From NCBI GenBank assembly GCA_958009085.1, contig OY253676.1, forward strand, positions 124,001 through 188,000: 64,000 bases of DNA. The letters run 5' to 3'. Both the position numbers and the translations under genes were made by a program. This document shows positions 57,701-64,000 of the stretch, in pieces. Position 1 is the first letter of the stretch, and every line of letters starts with the position of its first letter. The notes beneath the pieces are model-generated. The model had not been told where the DNA came from, did not search any database, and was given only the letters and a program-made list of their open reading frames with translations. The stretch comes from Protoeuglena noctilucae. Taxonomy: Eukaryota.

Positions 57701-60700
57701 CATCCATACCAATTAAACTGCACATATCCCCACCACTCACCTCCAGCATCATCCTCTTGGCCCTCGCCAGCGCCGCCGACGCCTCCTCCCCGCCCCCCAC
57801 CCCCCTTGCCGCCTCCTGAGCCACGATCCGCGCGCACTGCCCCACCAGTGTGCCTGGATCGTCCTCCAAAGGGGGAAGCACGCCTGGCAGAGGGGGGCGC
57901 CAGTGGGCGCCGCGGCGGGACGTGGGGTGCGCGGTGGTGCCAAAGAGCATGGTGCTGCGGGGAGGTGGGGTGGGTGGTAGCTGTGGAGCTGGGGCGGGCG
58001 TGTTTGGGCGTGTGGGGGTCGGCAGTGCGGGGTTTGAGAGTCGGGTTGGAAGGGACAGCACAGGATGGGCTAGCTGGGTTGCATAGTAGTGGAGCGAAGG
58101 TCACCTGATGGCCAGCGCGAACCCCTCCTGCGCCATCACGAAGTAGGGCCGCAGCAGCCCCGGGAAATCGTCATCCGACTCAAAGAGCGCCGCCGCCACC
58201 CAGCGGTGCAGGGCCGGGCGAGGCACGCCGCCCACGTCTGTGAGGGAGAGCACGGGGGTGGCGCTGTGGTATGCGATGCTTGGGGCGACTGAAGTGAGGG
58301 AGGTAGCGCTGTGGCATGCGATGGATGGGGTAAGCGGCGTGCGTTGTAGCATGCATTGTTCGATAGGGAACCGGGCGCATGTCAGATCCCGTGCCAGCAT
58401 CGCGTGTCGCGCGCACCTGACGGGTGCTCCAGCCCCTCCCGCATGGCCCGTATCTCGACCCGCTTCAGCACCGCCTCCAATGCCACAGTGAAGAGAGACT
58501 GGCGGACGTCCGCGGACAGCTCCCACCTGGGGGGTGGGGGAGGGGTGGTAAGCGTGAGGGTGGCAGTGAGGGTGGCAGTGAGTACGGTCGTGCATATCTG
58601 CAGTCCCGACCTCCTCTGCTGTCTAATGCTCATCCAGTTAACCCCATTACCCTACCGTGACCCGCAATCACCTGAATCGCTCGGCAATGGCGGGGAGTCC
58701 CCCGAACGCCTGCAGCTTCGCCACGTCCAGCTCCACGTCCCTCCAGTCGCTGGCCAGGGAGGTGGTCCGCGAGGATCGATCCTTGAACAGCAGGTACTGG
58801 GGGGAAGGGGGGTTGGGGGCATGAGGGCGGTTGTGGACAACGCTCGTGCAGACAGTTACAGACCATAAGTGTGGGGGCAACGCAGTTAAGAGTACATATG
58901 CATGATAGACACCAAAGATGTGCATTCGTCGCCTCTGTTGCCCCTCCTCACCAGCGAAAGCCTCATCAGGTCATCGCCTGATCACTATCAGGCACCTCCA
59001 TTCGTCTGCATTGCCCCCTCCTCTCCGGTCTCACCAGTGACAGCCTCATCAGGTCGTCCCTGAGCGCCGGGCTCCACCCCTGCCGGTCGCAGAACCGCAG
59101 GAGGATGGCCAGGGCCGCCATGGGGGCACCCTCACACTTGCTCCGTTGGAACGCCCCGCCCGCAGAGCACAGCGTCACCATGCACCCCAGGGCGCTGGCC
59201 CAGACCTCGGAACTGCGCTCGTCCGTCTGGGGGCGGGGGAAGCGTTATGGGGTTGAGCATATAATGACTGGTTGGGTGTGACTGGTGGCTGGGGTGAGGG
59301 AAGGCCATGCAAGGCTAGGTGGGGTGACAGGGAAGTCCAGCATGGTTGATGCGAGGCAACAGACCACTGGCCTTGCCTCAGTCACCCCACCCTCACACCC
59401 TCACACCCCAACCAAAGCCCCGACCCCCGCCCCGCTCGCCTTGGCAAGCACCGCCATGGCCTCCCACATGAGCGGCCGCAGCCAGTCATGGAAGAGCCCC
59501 GTGAGCCACCCCGCGTGAGCCGCGCCTCCCGCGTTGCCCACAAACAGCGAAGCGGTGGACCCCACCCCCTTCCCCGCCCCGCCCCCGCCCTCCCCGCTCA
59601 CGGCCGACCCGGGGCCCCTCGGGCTGCCCACGCCGCCCATCACGTAGCTGGTGCGCGCCAGCCTGTGCTGCGTGTGCTGGTCGGAGGTGGTGGAGGGCGA
59701 CTGGGCGGTGCGGGCTGCTGGGGCTTGCGGTGATGGCTCCGACCCCCAGGGGGCTTCGATCAAAAGGGCGTGGATGGCGAGGTTGACGATGATGTCGAAG
59801 GCACGCGCGCGCATCTTGTCCTGGGCGCTCGCCAGGCAACGGCTGGGGGGGTAGGGGGTGCGGGGTGGTGGGGGATGGGGTGCGATGGTATGGTGGGTGA
59901 ACAGAGCGGGGGCAGGGAAACACAGGACGCAGAGGTGGGGGGGAGGGGACATGTAAGAATGCAAGTGAGGAACGAGGGGGCGCGGGCCATTTGTAAAAAA
60001 CGTGCGGCATCGACCACGGCGGGAATCGATCGCGGGACCTCACCGGATGATGACGAGGCCGAGGGGCAGGGAGGGCGCGGGTCCTAGCTTGAGCCACATG
60101 TCGATCAGGAGCTTGGAGAGCAGCGACATGGGCACCTGCAGGTTGCCCTCGGGCACGTCGCCCTCGGTGCGGCCCTTGCGACCCACGGCCTGGCAGGGAG
60201 GAGCGGGGGTGGATGGGTGGGTGGGGGTGGTGAGAGAGGGGGGAGCGGGGGTGGCGGGGTGGGTTGGTCACACACAAGAGAGAGCAGAACAGGAGGGTAG
60301 ATGGTCTCAGACAGGAGAGAGTGGGAACAACGAGGTGGGTGGTCAGAGAGCGGTGGTTGCTGACCGCGCCCCACACAACACCACTCTCCACCATCTTCCC
60401 CCATCCAAACACCACCACTCACCTCCGCCCCGCACACCGACTCGACGATGGCCCAGACCTCGGCTGCCGTGGGGATGTCTAAGGGGTCCTGCTCCACATA
60501 GGGCACGTGCGCAAACATGGCGCGCGAGCGCTTGTGCAGCTTTGCCTCGGAAGCGCCCGCCCACGCGTCCCGCCGCTGCTTGTGCACGATGCCGCGGACG
60601 TGAGACGCGAACTCCGCCGCCTCCGCCGTGTGCATCGAGCCTGCAGAGGCGAAGGACGCGAGTGCAATGCATTGAATGCGATGCGCTAGTCGAGCAATGT

Positions 60701-62782
60701 GGCCGACTTGCAACAATTGATTGAGTACACATATGAACCGATGCGAACCATTTGCAAGATCCGCAGTGAGGCATTCGACACGGCCACGCGAGTCCTCATC
60801 GCAGCTCCAGCTGCAGCGTCCAGGCCCTTCCTCAAACCTACCCCACCCCCATCCTCTGCCTCACCCGGCCCGCCGCGCCCCACCCGCCCGCTCCCGCCCC
60901 CGTCCCTCCCGAACGCCCCCATTGACACGCCAGACACCGCCGGAGTCAGGGCGGGCGGTCGGTCCGTGGACCCCATGCGACCGGGGAAGCCCCTCGCAGC
61001 CGCCGCTAAGAACGCAGGCCCCCCGCTCTGGCTCTGCCGGACCAGACCCGACGCCTGGCTGCCCAGCGGCGGCACGGCCATGCTCGATGCCGGGGAGTGG
61101 GTGGCGGTGGGGTACCAGTCACCCGGCGCGGAGGACGGTGCGGTGGCGGGGCCCGGGCGGACCTCGAAGCCCCACCGCCAGCGGAGGAGGTCTGCGGGGA
61201 CATTGTCCAATGGGTCTAAGACCTGCAGAGGGGGGATGGGGTGAGTTGTATTGAGGGGTCCAACATAGACCTGCAACGAGGCGATGGGGTGGGTGTGTTG
61301 GTGTAAGTGTGTTGAGGGCTTTAAGACCTCCAGAGGGGCGCTAAGGGCCGCGGTTGTGGGAGCCATGGCGGGTTGAGCCACTGCGAGAGCGCATGCGTGT
61401 GTGGGTGACTGGCAAGACTGGCCAAACACTGCAAGAACGCCGCTGCCGCCATTCACCTGGCGCCTGCCTCCCCATCCGTTGCTGCGCATCGATGCGGTCC
61501 AGTCCGGCTGTGAGAGGGAGTGAGGGGTGGGAGAACCCCTGGCCCCGCCCGCCAGCCCCGCCGCTCCGTCGGACATTGCCGCGTGGTGGCGAGCGGGGGG
61601 CGGGCCGGGCGCCGGGGCGGCGGCGGCGTCGGGGGCGACGCTCGCGGGGGCACTTGCGGGGATCTGGGCGGACAAAGCGGTGGGCAACAGGGAGGGCATG
61701 GAGGTGAGGGTCACGTCGTGGGCGGTAGCGGCGCGGTCTAAGGGCCCGGAGGCACTCGCGGTGCCCCCCGTGCTGCCTGCCGCCTCTTGCAGGGACTGCC
61801 GGGGTGGAGAGGAGACGCGGGAGGTGCCCCCGAACGAAGGCCTGCGTCGCAGAGGCAGAGCGGACTGGCAGGGTCAGGCCACAGCGCAGCGAGAGGCACC
61901 ATGAGTGATGGTGATGAGCGTGGCGGGCATAGCAATCGTGGTGAGCGTGGCGGGCATAGCGATCGTGGTGAGCGTGGGGGGCACGTGTGATGAGCGTGGG
62001 CATTCAAAGTCACCTGCCCTGCGGCGAGGCCTTGCCGTCGGGCTTGACGACCACCTCGCTCTGATCGACGCCCATCGCGTCCCAGAACGCCAGGAACTTG
62101 TCACTCCTCTGCGGGCGTCAGAGAAGTCAACGCGTGTCAACTGGGGCTGTTGGGCAGGCCGAGCAGAGCTGCCACAGGGGGTGTTGGGCAGGGCTGCTGG
62201 CCGCAGCGACCGGACGGCCAATGCGGATGTTGCGGATATTGTGTCACTGCGACTGCTGCTGATGCCTTGAAAGACAAACTACCGCTGTGACCCACCCACC
62301 CCTGCCACCGCTCGCCTGCAGGGTGGTGAGGACTTGGCGCAGGTACAGCAGGGCGGGGACGCTGCCGGGCGACTCCTTGGGCGCCTCGGAGAGTCCCCAG
62401 GAGACCAGCGATAGAAGCTCACGGAGCAGCGTCACGGAGGGGAAGTGGGCGTGGACCGACCGACGCAGGAGCGCAACGCAGCGGTCCACCACGGCCCAGT
62501 TGCGCGGCTCGTCGCGGGCGCGCCTGCAACAACCCGGAACGGATTGCGATGCGAGCGGTTTCCGTGACTTTCCGGCGGCATTGAAGCGTTCGATTCGCAC
62601 GAAGGGCCAGCGGACCTGATGATCGTTTCGTACGTGGCATCCGTGGTCCTCAGATCGGAGAGGAAGTCGAGAAGGTCCTTCGCCCGCCCTGGCTGCAGCG
62701 ATAAGGGCTCGGGGCTGAACGGCTCCGTGGCCTCGGCGACCGCATGCCGAAGGCGCGGGGGCGGCGTGCCGCGGACCGGCAT
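54796..62782 (-). CDS. CLoG1: CLoG1-like (At3g12590-like) large plant-conserved protein, about 15 exons
   Basis: Recalled similarity at PPPRLRHAVAE..LLDFLS..TTDATY..AVVDRCVALLRR, YVEQDPL..AEVWAIV, LSKLLIDM..RARAFDIIVNLAIHA.LIE, and C-terminal DARVRFYAA.FL..AQERGDEKLLENPYL. Confidence 0.75.
61911..62002. repeat. Intronic 27-bp tandem repeat, about 3 copies
   Basis: GTGRTGAGCGTGGCGGGCATAGCRATC at 61911 and 61938, with degenerate copies at 61965 and 61987. Confidence 0.88.
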
Positions 62783-64000
62783 GCGCGCGGTGAGCCGGGG
62801 AAAGCCCTGCGCGGAAGAGCGATAGCCGACATCTCGAAGACGGGATCAAATGCTTCTGCCAAAGGCTGGCGTCGCGGAGCAGGGGAGCGCGTGGATGCGA
62901 AGGGCGGGCACCAGGCGGCTACGCGCGATGCGACGCGGGGACGCACCAAGGAGGGCGCGACGATTTAGCAGTCCACCACGCACGGGTCTGGGGAATCGGC
63001 TCTAACAGGGCACAGATCGGGCTCGGGATCCTCGTGCGCAGGGTGCAACCGGCATCGACCCCCCCAGCCCCCAGAGCCGCATGTGTCGATTGTCAGGGCC
63101 GTCTCTCGAGTCCTGGCTACATGAACGAGCTAATGCCGAAACCACCGAGCGAGAGACTCGCCGCGCTGCCCGATGCGACACGCAGGGCTCGGTTGAGCTC
63201 CGCTGACCCGGCCAGACGCCCAAGTCGCCAACCCGATGCCCTTCTGGCCCAGGCGACGGAATGGAGTCCTGACGAAGGCCACGGGGGCTCTTTCCCCGCA
63301 GTCTTGCGCCAGGTTTCTGTGCCAGCGCGAATTTTGAGCTGAGAAATCCGTGATTGTCCGCTTCGCCGCGACGATTCCAATATCGAACCATAACCGCCAG
63401 GCGTCGCAATCATCGCAGCTGTCTGCATCGCCCGGGGTCGTCAAATCCACCGGACTGCCTTCGTCGACACGGTAGGTGAGGGCTTCGGCCCATCGGCATG
63501 GCTCCTTGTGACAAATCATGCGCGCGTGGTTGTGTTCGGGACCTCGCCGAGGGTGCGCGACCGTGGAACCACGTGCCTACCCTCTGCAGGTTGGTTGGGG
63601 CCGCCATGGCCGCGCAAGCGGGCGTCTTGGGACGCCTGGTGTGTCTCCTGACTCCTGCGGCCTGTACGGTTTCCTCCACCTCGCCTGAGTCCCTGGCACG
63701 GCTGGCGCCGGCGCTCCAGTCCCTCGCGCGGATCGGCGCACGGATGTACAACTCCCGGGCCGGGAACGACGCGAGCGAGAAGCCGTCGAGCGAGGTTCGT
63801 TTGCACGATGGGCTGGCCGGGGCTCGCAATCCTCGGCAGCCGCCCAGCCCGCGGCAGCCGCTGCATCCGTTCCGATGCCCGCAGGCCCCGGGCGTGAGCA
63901 CCGCGCGCCTGGCGCCGGGCCTGGTCTGGCCTCCGCAGCCCGCACCGCACTCGACTCTGGGCCCTGCGGTTGACTACGAGAAGCCGATTCGTAAGCCGAC

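Noticed and set aside
58255..58330. Duplicated GCGCTGTGGYATGCGATG as another junction echo
   Set aside because: The best acceptor is at about 58238, which leaves both copies intronic. It is an ordinary tandem duplication.
62950..64000. ORFs at the right edge of the window
   Set aside because: No family signal. They may be intergenic or part of a gene extending beyond the window.

Overview
This is a gene-dense, GC-rich, intron-rich eukaryotic nuclear window using the standard genetic code. Nuclear genes for plastid ribosomal protein L35 and plastid KAS I, a RAP-domain gene, a CFAP97-like gene and a CLoG1-like gene point to a green alga, probably flagellated. I reconstructed about 20 spliced genes by eye: PAP2 phosphatase, RMT2, a hypothetical gene, AP-2 mu, SPOUT1, PITHD1, PRP3, plastid RPL35, SERCA-type Ca-ATPase, eIF3m, CCT2, KAS I, a receptor-like kinase with a kinase-less tandem paralog, a RAP protein, a class I methyltransferase, TRM10, GPN1, a CFAP97/IQ protein and CLoG1. 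I saw no rRNA, tRNA, CRISPR array or recognisable transposon. Four signals stand out. (1) At about 12 splice junctions, a degenerate copy of the junction (splice site plus adjacent exon) sits inside the neighbouring intron, and in three donor copies every core mismatch is synonymous. (2) About 14 introns use GC-AG donors. (3) Long introns have G-rich 5' ends and C-rich 3' ends. (4) A receptor-kinase/receptor-like-protein pair shares an ectodomain I do not recognise. Feature coordinates are whole-gene spans including introns. Family calls come from recalled motifs, not database searches.
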